Source: the human T2T-CHM13v2.0 reference genome, Homo sapiens
Reading direction: 5' to 3' (one strand)
DNA: 64,000 nucleotides
NCBI RefSeq assembly: GCF_009914755.1
Contig: NC_060946.1
Shown here: one piece after another, positions 30,315-43,917 of the stretch
Position numbering within the stretch: the first letter of the stretch is position 1
How the letters are laid out: each line of letters starts with the position of its first letter
The notes under the pieces: model-generated
Databases searched by the model: none
Told to the model about the DNA's origin: nothing
What the model saw: only the letters and a program-made list of their open reading frames with translations
Program-made: the position numbers and the translations under genes

Positions 30315-31140
30315 GTGATATTGAGAAATAGATATTTGGTCTTCATCCCTGTTTCCTGACATATAGCCCCTAAACCCTTGGAATCTTCAGAGTGGTTAAC
30401 AGCGTCTTTAGTATGCTAATGAGTGACTGATGGCTGGGGACCCCGAGGATGGGGTAGGTCATCAGAAAGACCAAGGCAAGATCTGAGAGCTGGGACATTC
30501 AGTGCTGCCCCAAGCTACTTCCACAGGGGAGAGGGACTGAAGGTTGAGTTGATTACCAATGGCCAACGATGTGATCAATCATGCCTATGTAGTGAAAACC
30601 CAACAGGACTGGGTTTGGGGAGCTTCCAGATAGCTGAACACAAGGAGGTTCCTGGAGGGTGGCATGCCTAGAAGCTCTGCACCCCTTCTCCCATACCTCA
30701 CCCTATTTGTTTCTTTCATCTGGCTGTTCATCTGTATCCATTGTAATATCCTTTATGATAAATGGGTATACATAATTATTTTCTTGAGTTCTGTGAGCAG
30801 CTCTAGCAAATTAATCGAACCCAAAGAGGGAGTTGTGGAAACCCCAAATGATAGCTGGTCAGTCAGAAACACAGGTCACAACCTGGGGCTTGATTGGCAT
30901 CAGAAGTGGGAGGCAGTCTTGTAGGACTGAGCCCTTAACCTGTGGGATCTGGCACTATCTCCAGGTAGATAATGCTAGAATTGAATTAAATTAGAGGACA
31001 CTCAGCTCGTGGCCACTGGAGCAGACTTGTTTGGTTGGTGTGTGGGAAAAATCTTCCACACATCTGAGGTCACAGAAGTCTTCTGTGTTGATTGTTTAGT
31101 GAGAGAATAAGAAAAAACACCTGTTTGTTTTTCCCCAATA
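30315..31140. mobile_element. MER21-like LTR
   Basis: TGTGATATT...AGAAAGACCAAGGCA...GAAGGTTGAGTTGATTACCAATGGCC...ATCAATCATGCCTATGTA, recalled as MER21-type blocks. Confidence 0.75.
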
Positions 31141-32099
31141 TCTCTCAGATAATTAGAAACAGAAAATAAGGATGCATTTCTTAGTTCAGCAGGAAGTAAA
31201 CATAAAGGACTCATCTTTCCCAGAAATGGGATGGGCTCAAAATATAACCAGATTCATGAAAGATCTAGAAAATTCCCAGATAATGAGTGTATAATAATAT
31301 GTTCTGCAGAGAAAGATGGGGTCATCTAGACTCCATCCTAATGGGAGACACTGTGGCAGGTCTTGTCCTAACTTCTGAAGGACCCCAGGTGAGTCTCGTC
31401 CCCACCAAGGCTACGGTCTCCTGTCCGGGTTGGACTAAACCAGACCTGGTCAAACTTTGCTTGGTAATTTTTCTTCCCCATGATGGAGCCTCCATTTTAA
31501 ATGTAATTACACATGGTGCTTTAACAAAAACTGGTAAAAGCAATATTTTCTTTGCATAAACTCATCTTAGAATTTCAAATTGATAACACTCTCTTAGAAT
31601 CGGCGTTTGGCAAGGACGCTGAGGTTTTTGGAGGAGCACGGGAACATAAAGCAAGGTGCCTGGTGCGGCTCCGGATTTATGTAGCCTCAGCATCCCATTT
31701 CTTGCCATTTTCTGCTTCGGATGAAGAGAATCAAGTACGTCTGGATTCCCGGGGGTAAGTCTTTAAACGTGATCATTTATAAAATAACCTACCTTGCGGT
31801 CTCTGACTCCTCCACTAAATTGCTTAAGAGAGAAGTCGCTGGACATTTTTGCTTTAAGCTTGAATCACTAACCTAGTGAATATCTGCTCAGATTCTCTCA
31901 GATAAATGGAAAAGCCAACTGGAAGCTTCCCAGACCTACAATACATTGAATGTGGTCCTCGCCACTGTCTGTGCCATGATACCTGTTTCCTGTTTGCCCC
32001 TTGTCAGGCTGTGGCAACCCCCTGACCTCCCCAGAGCCTGGCACTTAGTAGGGCCTCAAGAAATGTCCTTGTCCCTCCTGTCCCCTGATCAATCTGGTG

Positions 32100-32800
32100 C
32101 CATTTTTTAAAATTTATTTGAATTGTGGTATAACATACAGAACATAAAAATTTACTATTTTAACTGTGTATAAGAGTACACTTCGGCAGCATTACATATA
32201 GACTTCATGTATATTGCATTGTTGTGCAACTATCATCACCATTTATCTCCAGAACTTTTTGCTTTTTTTTTTAGATGGAGTCTCACTCTGTCATCCAGGC
32301 TAGAGTGCAGTGGCGCGATCTCGGCTCACTGCAATTCTCCTGCCTCAGCCTCCCGAACAGCTGGGACTATAGGCACGCATCACCACATCCAGCTAATTTT
32401 TGTATTTTTAGAAGAGACAGGATTTCACCATGTTGGCCAGGTTGGTCTTGACCTCCTGACCTCAGGTATCTGCACGCCTCAGCCTCTCACCGTGCTGGGA
32501 TTACAGGCGTGAGCCACCACACCTGGCCTATCTCCAAAATTTTTTCACCTTCCCAAACTGAAACTCTGTCTTCATTGTGCATTAACTCTCCATTCCCCCG
32601 CCCCACCCCCGAGCAGCCACCATTCTACTTCTGTCTCTATGAATTTGATTCCTCTGGTGACCTCATAGGAGGGACAGTGCTTGTCTGTTGTGACTGGTTC
32701 ATTTCACACTGCATAATGTCCTCTAGGGCCGTCCCTGCTGTGGCACGTGGAGGGATTTCCTTCCTGTTTCTGGATGAATGACGCTCTATCCCATCTTGTT
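32100..32800 (-). mobile_element. L1MB-type 3' fragment containing an Alu at ~32263-32528
   Basis: L1 3'UTR motifs (TTGTGCAACTATCATCACC, CCATTCTACTTCTGTCTCTATGAATTTG); Alu TSD TATCTCCA(G/A)AA(C/T)TTTT. Confidence 0.8.
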
Positions 32801-35800
32801 CATGACAAGGAGAAGATGCTGCTCCATTGTTACATGACTCTGCAAACTGGAGAGCATGCTGGAGGCTACAGGAGTGTGCGTGGTAGTCACGGCAGACCTG
32901 GTCCTGCCCTGTGACCCGGGGATAAGAACAGAAGCTTTGCTCCAGGCTTGTTGTGAGAGGCACTGGAGGGCTCTGACTGAGCAGGGGCGGCACATAGCAA
33001 GTGCTTAATAAATGTCTGTGGCTATAGTACCTCCTACATGCACTGGCAGGGCTGGGGGCCTGAGCATTCAGCCCAGTGCTGGGCATATAATGGATACTTA
33101 CTGAGCAGCACCGGGTCACATGGTGGATAGTCAGCCGAAGGTTTTATTCAACCCCCACCACCTCTGCCAGGGGCGCTCACCAAGAAGGGAGGAGAAGTGG
33201 GCCCTGGTGGTCTCCGGCAGGCCTGGCTTTGCTGAGTCACGTTCTTGCCCTCATCCCCACCAGGGGCAGCCGGGGCTTGTGGGAGCAGGAGTAGGATCAC
33301 CGCAGGACTGGACCACCCCCCACCCACACATGTGTGCGGCCGCTGTCTCTGGCAGTCAGTGTCAGAGCTGGTATTCAAGGGCGGGCGTGTGGGCCCTGGG
33401 CTCAGGGGTCCCCGCTTTACTTCCTGAAGTTTCTAGTCCTTGGCCAGGCCTTTGGGCAGCCCCGGATTGTTCAGTAGATCCCCGTCTGGCCAGGGAGAAA
33501 GCTCAGCCTCTGAGTCAGGGATGGGGCTGTGAGCCTCTCGGGGACCAGGGGACGCCAAGGCCTCCCCAGCAGGCCTTCCACCCTCCTGGAGTGCCTGGGC
33601 AGGGCCTCTGCGAGGTTACCCAGGCAGTGCTTGATGAGTCAGGAGAATCTGGAAGGGAGGAACACCTCTGAGCAATCTGAGAGCTGGGCTATTGGCCCAT
33701 TTTGCAGCAGAGAGGGCAGAGGCTCAGGGAGGTGGGTCCCTGGCTGGGGTCACATGGCGTGGGAGAGGCACAGCCACGGCCCAGCGCCCGGTATGTCTGC
33801 CCAGTGCCTGGCCTCTCAGGACAGCAGCAGAGGAAGGAGCCATGCTCCCAAGGCCTGACCAGCCTTGGGAGGAAAGGAAAGGAAGCTTGGCACACGGGCA
33901 GGCGGCGGGCAGCCCCTCACCTGGGGCATTGCTAAACTGGAAGTGACAAGGCACAGAGCGGGTCGCAGATGGCAATTCGCCCGTCCTGCAGCCAGAGGGC
34001 CGTGCAGTGAAGGCCTGGCTCTAAGTGCCTCGGCCAGGTCCTGGGGCTGGGGGGCGCCAAGGAGCAAGAACAAGGGTCAGGGGGACAGGAGGGGCTGCAT
34101 GGGGAACAGGAGAGACTCCCCTGTGAAGGGCCTGGGGACAGACGGCTGGCCGTGAGCCTGAGCCGTGGAAAACTGGCCCCTCAGCTCAGAATGCCATCCC
34201 TGAGGCCGCAGCCAATGTCCCCTCCCCACCCACATCAGGAGACCAGTGTTGAGAGGCTGGTCGGGGGTGGACCATGCAATGTCACCCATGTCTACACACT
34301 GGCACTGCCCATTTCTCCAGGTGGAGACAGTCATGAAGGCTGCCCATAGATGTATGGGGCTCCAGGAGGACAGGGCAGGATCCACCTCCAGGGAGACGGT
34401 GCTTGGCGAGGACATCAGGGTCAGCCAGGTGTGAGGGAGGAACCAAAACCAGGGTGACCACAGCCAAGCTTCCCGGGACCGAAGTCTGAGCCCAGGCTGG
34501 GCCGGGCCTCCCTGCCTCTCCTGCTTGGTCCTGCCGCCCTCCGGCCCCGCCCCTGCCTTTGCAGCTGGAATGCCTCTCCACGCTCCATCAACAACATCCC
34601 CTCCTCAGAGAGGCCTCAGCATGCCCCGTCACCCACCTCACTGTCCTCGTCATCCCTATTATCTGGGAGGTCCTCATGACCCCCCATCTGTACACCTGGT
34701 GACCTGCTCCCTGTCTTCTGTTTCCCGCCTTCCCCTCCACCCGTGGACACTCGAACTCCCAAGAGGCAGGGGCTCTGCCTGTCACGTGGGCTGCTCCATG
34801 TCTGATGCCCTCGCGGGGCCGGCACGCAGGAGGTGCTTGGGAGACACCGGCTGAGTGAGGGATCTCATGCGTGGTGATGCCTGATGCCCACTTTGACAGA
34901 GTCCTTGTCACTGTAATGCCCACAGGATACCTGGGTCAGAGGCTGGGTCGTGCCAGAGCATGGAACACGAATGCCAGAGCCAGAGTGTGGGGTGCTGACC
35001 CCAGCTCTGCTGTTTACTCACTATGTGACGTTGGGTGAACTCTAGAACGCTCCGTGCCTCAGTTTCTCCATCTGTGTCATGGCGATGCCAAAGGTAGCCC
35101 ACGTGGAGACCTTCTCTGTGGCAGGCACAACTCTAGGTCCTCAGCATCCTCCTTTAATCCACACGGCAATTCGACGCCATCACCCCAGTTCTCCAGGTGA
35201 GGAAACCGAGGCTAGCTGGAGAAGTCCTCAGCCTGCCCAGGGCCACAGAGCCTACAGGAGGCAGAGCCCAGGATTTGAACCCAGACGCTGGGCTTCAGGG
35301 CCAGTGTTTATTAGAGACCACTGGCTGTGGGACCTGGAGTGCGTGTGAGGATGGAGGGGATAGGACCATACTGGCCCTAGGGGTTTCGACAGCGATTTGT
35401 GGGACAGAGCCGAGGTGCAGGGCTGAAGGCTCCGGTGAGGGGAGGAACGAGGGGTGAGGTTGTGAAGCAGGGCAGGGGCTGGCTCTGCCCACGTGGGGAA
35501 AGGCAGACAGGCCTTGCCTTTCCCAAGAGACGATTCTTCCCGCATGAGCCACAGCCATATGCCCACCCTGTGCACCTGCACAGAGCCCAGGATCTCCCCC
35601 CACACCCCTGGCCACGACCCTCCTTCCTCCCTCACCCCCTACCCTGCCAGCACCAGCTGGGTCCGCTTCTCCTTCCAAGCCTGTCTCAGCTCCGCAGTGG
35701 AGCTCTCAGCCTCCCTCACCTCTCGTGGTCTCCGCTAGGATCCAGCACACCTGGATCTGCAGGGGCTCAGAGGATGCATCGATTCTCTTGGGGATGTGAA

Positions 35801-38800
35801 CCCCCTGGGAGCAAGGTCTGGCCTCCTGTCCTACTCCAAGCCCCTCACCACAGGGGAGGCTGGGCGGGGAGGGAGGTGAGTGGTCGTGTGGGGTGGGGGT
35901 GATGAACCAAGATGTTGGCAGAAACAACCCGGCGCTGTCTTCTCAACAAACTTTCTGCCAGGACCCAGGGGTGCCTGAAGAGAAGATCTAGAATGTATCT
36001 CTCTGGGGACCAGGCAAGAGGCTGGGGCTTGGGGTGCCCCAAGGTTTTCCCACAAAGTGTGGGGACGCTCACACTAGCAATCAGACCCAGGTCCGGCCTA
36101 GCTGGTCTCTGACATATGTGGTTTTGGGCAGGGTGGAGAGAGAAATCACACAGATAGAGCAATTTCTCCTGACCGAGGCCCACTGGAGGCCACTCCCAGC
36201 AGACCCAGGACCTTTCAGCTTGACCCGCCAGAATGCATCAGTCTCACAGGAAGAGATACCCCAGGGCCTGGGGCGATGTTCCCCAAGTGTCCTATGAGAT
36301 GTACCTGGAGAAACGCATCGGGAGGTCAGAGCCGCCTGGGAAGGTCCCCTCTCCGCGCCTCTCCTAGGGTCGGAAAAGCACCCTCAGGCCTGCTGAGTTC
36401 ACCATCCCTCTCTGGGCTGGAATGTAGGCGCAGAGGCTCAGCTGAGACAAATCTCCCAACAATGGTGCTGGGGAAGGCGGGCAAGGCCTGGAGGCATGGG
36501 AGATTCCACTCAGTCCACAAGCTTTCAGGAACGCAGCTGGGTGGGTTTAGCACCAGAGGCTGCTGGAAGACATGGGAAGAGACTTGCCTTGGCTTAATCA
36601 GCTTTGCCCTGGCTGGAAGGCCACCCTCCCTGCACCTGGTGCATGACTGAGGTTGCCCTCCCAAGTCTTCAGCAGCCCCCAGGGCCCCAGAGTCCCACAT
36701 TCCTGTCCCCCCACTGCCACTGTGGCAGACAACCAGAAGGCCCAAGTGCAGCCCTGGGTGGTCCCAGAAAGCCCCTCCCAGCATCCTGTGCACAGACTGG
36801 GCTGTAAGGATCCCCGAGGCCTCTGTGGGGGAATTGGGGCCCTAAGGACAAGATTTGAAGCCACTGTGGTCCTTAGACTTCCCTTCCTCTCTGCCATCCG
36901 CTCCCTGTCCCTCTAGCCGCAGCTTTGTCGGGGGAGAATGGGGATGAAGGTGGGGGCCCTGGTTTCCATACCACCCACAGCAGACTCTGGCTCGGGCTTC
37001 AAGAGGGCAGGGACCGGCCCTATGGTGCGTAGCTGGTTCTGCGCTTCAAACACGCTGGACACTGGCCCTCCCGTTCCATGGTCCTGCTCGCCACTGTGGA
37101 CATGGGAAAGGGATGTTTACAGCCCTGTAAGAGCCTCTTCCAACCTGCATCTGACTCTCCCTCCTCAAGGGCAGGAGGAAGGGTCACCCAGGAGAGCAGG
37201 CCCAAGTCCCAGGGGCCTGGGAGCGGGCTTACAGTGGACTCCTAGGACAGTGCTCTGTGTGGGAGTGGTCCTGGTGAGAACTGCAGGAGCCCGAGCTGGC
37301 CTCTGTCCCTCCTGGAGCCCTGCACACCTGGTGACAGGCCCTGGGGATGGAACTGTCTGGCGTCAGGTCAGCAGACGCTCCCAAGGGCAGAGGTTGCATC
37401 TGCGGCCAGGGCACATCAGGTGGCTCTGTGCACCACGAGCCCAGGGCCAGGCCAGGCATGTGCTATCAGGGCAGAGGCCTTGCGGCCCCCATCAAGAGTC
37501 AGCTGTCTGGCCCTGAGCCCCCTCCCTGCTGCCCCAGCACCCTGACTTCCAGCACCACCATCCCAGAGGGGCCTGTGAGACTCAGCTGCATTGAGTGGCC
37601 TGAGGCCAAGTGTGCAAGGCCCTGGGGAGCTGCAGAGGGAGCCCCCCAGGAGAATGAGCCTGGGGCCAGGGCGGGGGCCGCCCCATCTTCCTCCCTCGTG
37701 CCTCTCCATGAAAATCTGCTCTCACAGCCTCCCCAGCTCAGCTTCCCGCTGTGCAGGGGCAGAGACTGGGGCTCTGAGCAGCCTCAAGGACATGGCCAGG
37801 GGCCCCCCAGACCCCAGCACTCTGCAACCCTCTCAGGGCTTTAGAGCTGGCCACGGCCCTCAAAGGGCGTGGTGGGGGCTCTGGGCCAAAGAGGGCAAAC
37901 ACTGCTGAGGGGACAAGGGGATGAGATGGGTCTCCAGGGGTCCAGGAGTCACTGTGGCCTGCAACCTTGGCCATAGCCACCTCAGTGAGCGACGGAAGCA
38001 AAGCCTTCCCTATGGGTGAGGTAGGGTGGACAGGGAGTGTAGACAACACTCCCAGAGGCCCGGCTGAGAGAGGCAGAGGCACAATGCGAGGAGTGTGGGC
38101 AGGGCTTCCTTAGTCTGGGGACCCCTGAGCATGATGGGGGGGCATAGACATTGCTGAGATGGGAGTGGATGGGGGGTCAGTCTCTCTCCATCCCAGGGCC
38201 CAGCACCTCCCTCCTCCCATCCTGGGGACTCCCGGATCCTCATGCCTTGGTGTCCCCTCCTGGCGGTTCTTTCTTGTTAACGGTCAGTTCTGCACCCTGG
38301 GGTCCAGGCCCCAGCACCTCCACATGCCTGGAGATCTTGCCTCCTGAGTGGCAGAGATGATATGCCAGCAGGGTTGGCATCGGGAGGAACCTGCTGGGTT
38401 CAGCTCTATTTGTTCTGAATTACCAGAGGAGGGAGAGCAAATGGGACCAGCAGCACTGGGGGGGCAGGTGCGATGGACAGGCCTGGGAGCCACACCCTGG
38501 GAAATGCCAGCCACAATGGCCCCACAGACCAGGCCACAGCCTCCAGCCCCCGCCCTCCCCCAGCCATGCCTCCTCCGCAGCCATCAGCCCTTGCTTCAAA
38601 CTGTGCCTCTCCCCAACACCCCCAGCGCCAGGAGGAGTAATTTTCCTAATAACCTTTGGTGTCTCTGACTTTTAGCCTCTAGCAGCCACTTCTAAGATTT
38701 ACCAGGATTTCCGTGGACATGGTTTGACAATTTCCTCGAGGAATTAGACAGTTCAGCTGCAAAACTCACTTTATCTGAGAGCCGCACGTTCTGGTCCCTG

Positions 38801-39794
38801 AGCCACCAGGCACCTCCTCTCGCCAGCTCTGCTGTTGACAGCAAAGTGGCCGCCCTGAGTGGGGACCTGCCAGGGGCAGCTCGCATGTAATTCAGGGGCT
38901 TCTTTGAGGACGCCTGAGAAGTACATAGCATCTAAGACTGTGTTCTCGGTAATGAGGGTTTAGAGAAAAGCAATTCTGGAGCAGGCTCCAAGAAATTGAG
39001 ATAATTTCGCTGGGAGATGAGAACTGAAACATGACCCTGCACTGTGTGGCCTCGGTCTGGAGGCAGGTGACAGGGTGACGTGACCACCCAGAGGGCCCTT
39101 AGATGACAGACAGGGCGAGGCGGCCTCCTTTGCCTGGGTGGCTGCAGGGTCAGGACCAGGACCACAAGGAGAAGGTGGGCCCAGCAAGCCCAGAGGACAC
39201 AGCCACCAGGACTGTCACCCACTCCTGGGGAAGGGCGGGTAGGAAGGAAAGGGGTAGCTGAGGAGATACAAGAGGCAGAGGGCGGCAGGGAGTGAGAGGG
39301 AGGTGGTGGGAGCAGGGAGGGCAGGGGAAAGGGCCTCAGGCCAGTCCTGGAGGAAGGAACTCCCTTCCCCGGTGGTGGCCATGAAACTTCCCTTTAGAAT
39401 CCTGCTGGGGAAACTGGCTCTCTGAACTATTTTTTTTGTCTGCGCTATTTTTTTTTTTCTGTTCTTGGGGCTGTGGAAGGAAGGTGCTGTCTCCGGGGTT
39501 GTCAGAAAAGTCCAGAATCCTCCTGGAGTTGAAGTCTCTCTGCGGGGCCAGGATGGCGAGGAACTGGAACCCTGGAGCCTGTCATGTTACTCCAAGGCTG
39601 ACTAGTCCCAGTCCCCAGTGAGAAGCAAGGTGGGCCTAGCTGTACCTGGAGCCAGACTCCTGTTCTGGGGAGGGGAACAGTCACCAGAAGGAGAAAGTGA
39701 CAGAAATGCTCAGCTCAGCCCCCACCAGCCGCATGCATGTGTGGCCCCTCTCGGTCCTCCAGTACTGCACCCCTGCAAAGGGAGGCTGGTGGTG

Positions 39795-39900
39795 TCTGCG
39801 CACATACACGCACATATGCACACACACAGACACATGCACATATGTGCTCATGTGTGCACACACACTCACACACATGCATGTGTGTACATGCACATGCATG
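39795..39900. repeat. Degenerate (CA/TG)n alternating purine-pyrimidine tract
   Basis: About 100 bp of near-continuous RY alternation. Confidence 0.9.
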
Positions 39901-42199
39901 ATTCTGTCGGCTGCTTTCCAAGCCCTGGTATTGTGAGTGCTTCCAGGCTTCCAGTAGTAGTCAGACAAACCGCTTTGTGAGCCTCCAATGAGATCCTGGG
40001 GGTGATGGGGCATCTTCATGGAGACTGGTGGGTGGCGGGTGCCCACTGCATGGAAGATTCCGGTCCTTCTCCTACTTTTTCTCCCCAGATTACTGGGAGG
40101 CTTAAACAAAGCCAGGCTAAGGGAACACGGCCCGCCCTTGGTGCACCTTAGTAATGTTATCCTCACTGCTAATGTAATGGCCCCCAAGTAAATGAAGAGG
40201 CTTCTGACGTCAACATTGCAGGAGAACCTGATACAGGCGGTGGCCCGGCTTGGAATGAGCAGAACAACCTAGACCCGTCTGGCTTTGGGAGTCAGAGGCT
40301 CGGCTTCAAATCCCAGCTCCACCTTGGTCACCTGCAGGACCCTGAGCCGTAGAGGATTAACCCAGTCGGCGTGCAGGGGGCGTGGCCTGTGCCTCACTGC
40401 AGGTACCCCTCCTGTCCCTCCCGCAGCACTGATGACAGGCCGGCTGTGCTGGGCACCGAGAATGCACCGGCCCTGCTCTCGCAGGGCCCACAGACCAGGG
40501 AGGGAGGAAGATCATAAATAAATGAAGTGAGCAAGGCACCGTGCATGTATTCTACCAGTGTCTACAGAGCCCATGCTCTGAGCCAGGCACTAGTCTAGTA
40601 AATAAACATCGCTAACGTGTTTCAGACACTTGCCTTATCCTCCGGCCTCAACCTCTGTTACCCATGAAGTCTCACAACAGGCCTAGGGGGTGGCCCTCTT
40701 GTAACCCCATCTTACAGGAGAGGAAACAGAGGCCCAGAGAGGCTAAGCTCCTTGCCATGCTGTTAGGCAGTGACGGAGCCTGCACCCATAATCGGTATGC
40801 TGCCTCCTGCTGGATGCTAGGGGGGTCTCCAGGGGCTGAAGCTCATGTGGTCCCTGCCTCCTGGAGCTCAGGCTAGTGGGGCCTGGAAGAAGAGGGGCAG
40901 GGCCCTTCCATCTGTTACAGTGAATTCCAGGTGGGTGAGATCAGGGAAGGCTTCCTGGAGGAGGTGATGTTTGAGCCAGGATCTGAAGGTCAGGAAGGAA
41001 TTAACCAGGTTCAGAGGGAGAGAGAATCTACTCCTTCTACTCATGCTACCTATTCTTTGACACCCCCTCCAGGAAGCCCTCCTTGCCCTCTTCCAGACGG
41101 AGCTCCCACACTACAGCTGCACTATCTCTGTCTGTGCCCGAGTTCCCACCAGACTGTGGAACTCCCAAAAGGCAGTGCAGGGGGCTGGCTCCTCTGTGTC
41201 CCCAGCACCACCCAGCCCCGGGCACGGGAATCAGAGGCTGAGGGATGGCAGGCTGTGTGGGCTGAGGCGGGAGGGCGGCATAGCCGAGGGGCCCGTTTGT
41301 CACACTGGCTCCAGGTGCACAGGGTGAGACACTCAGGAACCCTGCTGCTCAGGAGAATTTTAGGCCAATGACCTGCCGGCCCCTGATTAGCCCCTGATGT
41401 TGCTCTGTGTCAGGCAGCGCGCCAGGCAGATGACCCCCTCTTTGACCCCAGGAGAGGCTGGAGTAAGCGTGTCTCCAGCCAGGACGTGCAAATGGCATGC
41501 AGTGGAGGAAGCCAGGGGGCATGAATTGCTGGGACCCAGCTGTCTGTTCTGGAAGAGGGCATTTTTCCCCCCTGCCCATGTTAACTTTATCCTTAGCTTG
41601 TACCCAGAACTCCACCGCTGTCTATCGGTTGGGCAGACAGAGGCTGCCTTGCCTGGCTGCCAACACGAAATGGCATTTTGCTCGAGGTGTTCCTCCTCCC
41701 TCGCCTTTCCCTGCCTCTAAATTCAGAGCAAAGGTAGCATGAGTCACGACTCATCGACACGGTGAGGGACAAGCCTGCTCCGCCAGGGAGGGGCTTTGTG
41801 CGGTCTGAACCGGGGACTGCAGCAAACGATCGCGCAGCGGGGACTCAAGCCCCTGATGGTGCCAGAAAAATATAACAATAACAGAAATAAACACCAAACC
41901 CACAAAAGCTCAGTGCAGAAGGCCCAGAGTCCAAGAGCGCCCATGTACGCAGGCCGGCCAGCTGGGGGATCTTGGGCAAGATATCCTTGAGGATAAAGAT
42001 ATCCCTTTTTAACTTCAGTTTCTTCATCTGTAAAATGGACAGGATAATACTTATACCTACTTCATAGGATTATTGTGCTGACAAATAAGTGAATATCATA
42101 TGCCCAGCACCCACTAAGGTTCAGATGCAATAAATGGTAAGCCGTACTGCCATCATTCAGATGCTCATGAAAGCCTCTGTGTCTGTCACCAGCTAACCA

Positions 42200-43130
42200 T
42201 GGTGACCTGAAATGAGCCTTGGAAACCTAGGATGGCAAGGAATGGGTCTAGTTTGTGCCCTGGTGTATTACCAAGACTTTCATAAATGGCATGGGAAAAT
42301 TACCCCTGAAGCTTTATGACCACAAGCCAGCCCTCAAACAAGTTCATAGGGACAATTGACACTTCCAGTTCTGTGTGCAAAAACCTCAGGCTGAGAATTT
42401 AGATGAAAATGGCTTTCTCTAGACTTCTCACAAACAAATGCAAATCCCCCTGGAGCAATTAAGGTGACGTTCCAACCACAGGAGCATCTTACAGCTGAGA
42501 GTCACTAAACACACGAGGAAACAGGGCACCATGAGTAAGAACCAGCACAAACCTCACCTAGCTGAATCAGATCCACAGAGTCCCCAGATAGCAGAATTAT
42601 CAGATGAGGAATGTAAAATAAGTCTGTTTACTACAATTAAAGACACAAAAAAGAGGAGAGTTCAAAATATGAGTTGGGAACAAGAGATTCTAAAAATGGA
42701 CCAGGCATGGTGGCTCATGCCAGTAATCCCAGCACTTTGGAAAGCTGAGGCGGGAGGACCACTTGAGGCTAGCAGTTCAAGACCAGTCTGGACCACATAT
42801 CAAGACCTCATCTCCATAAAAAATTTCAAAATTAATAGGGCATAGTGGTGCTTGCCTGTAGTCCCAGTTGCCTGGGAGGCTGAGGTGGGAAGATTGCTTG
42901 AGCCCAGGAGTTTGAGGCTGCAGTGAGCCGTGATCACACCACATACTCCAGCCTGGGCAATGGAGCAAGACTCTGTTTCTAAAAAATAAATAAAATAAAA
43001 TAACCAAGAAGATTTGAAATAGAATCAAATAGAATTTGTAGAAATTAATAAAATGGTCATTGTGTAAATTGGTGTGATTACTTTGAAAACAATTTGGCAT
43101 TATCTAGTAAATGTGAAGATGAGCACTCGT
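42200..43130 (+). mobile_element. Old L1M 5'/ORF1 remnant interrupted by an AluJ (42699-43000)
   Basis: The ORF at 42531 (DPQSPQIAELSDEECKISLF) resembles an old L1 ORF1 N-terminus; AluJ diagnostic GCTTGAGCCCAGGAGTTTGAGGCTGCAGTGAGC. Confidence 0.65.
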
Positions 43131-43148
43131 AGTTAGTTCCCTTCAACA

Positions 43149-43829
<681 letters not shown>

Positions 43830-43840
43830 AAACTTTTTTT

Positions 43841-43917
43841 AAAAAAGAAAAGAAAAAAAAGAGGGAAGGGAAGGGAAGGGGAGGGGAGGGGAGGGGAGGG
43901 GAGGAAAAAGAAAAGAA
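43841..43917. repeat. Polypurine tract (GGGAA)n/(GGGGA)n
   Basis: About 77 consecutive purines including eight G3-4 runs. Confidence 0.92.
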
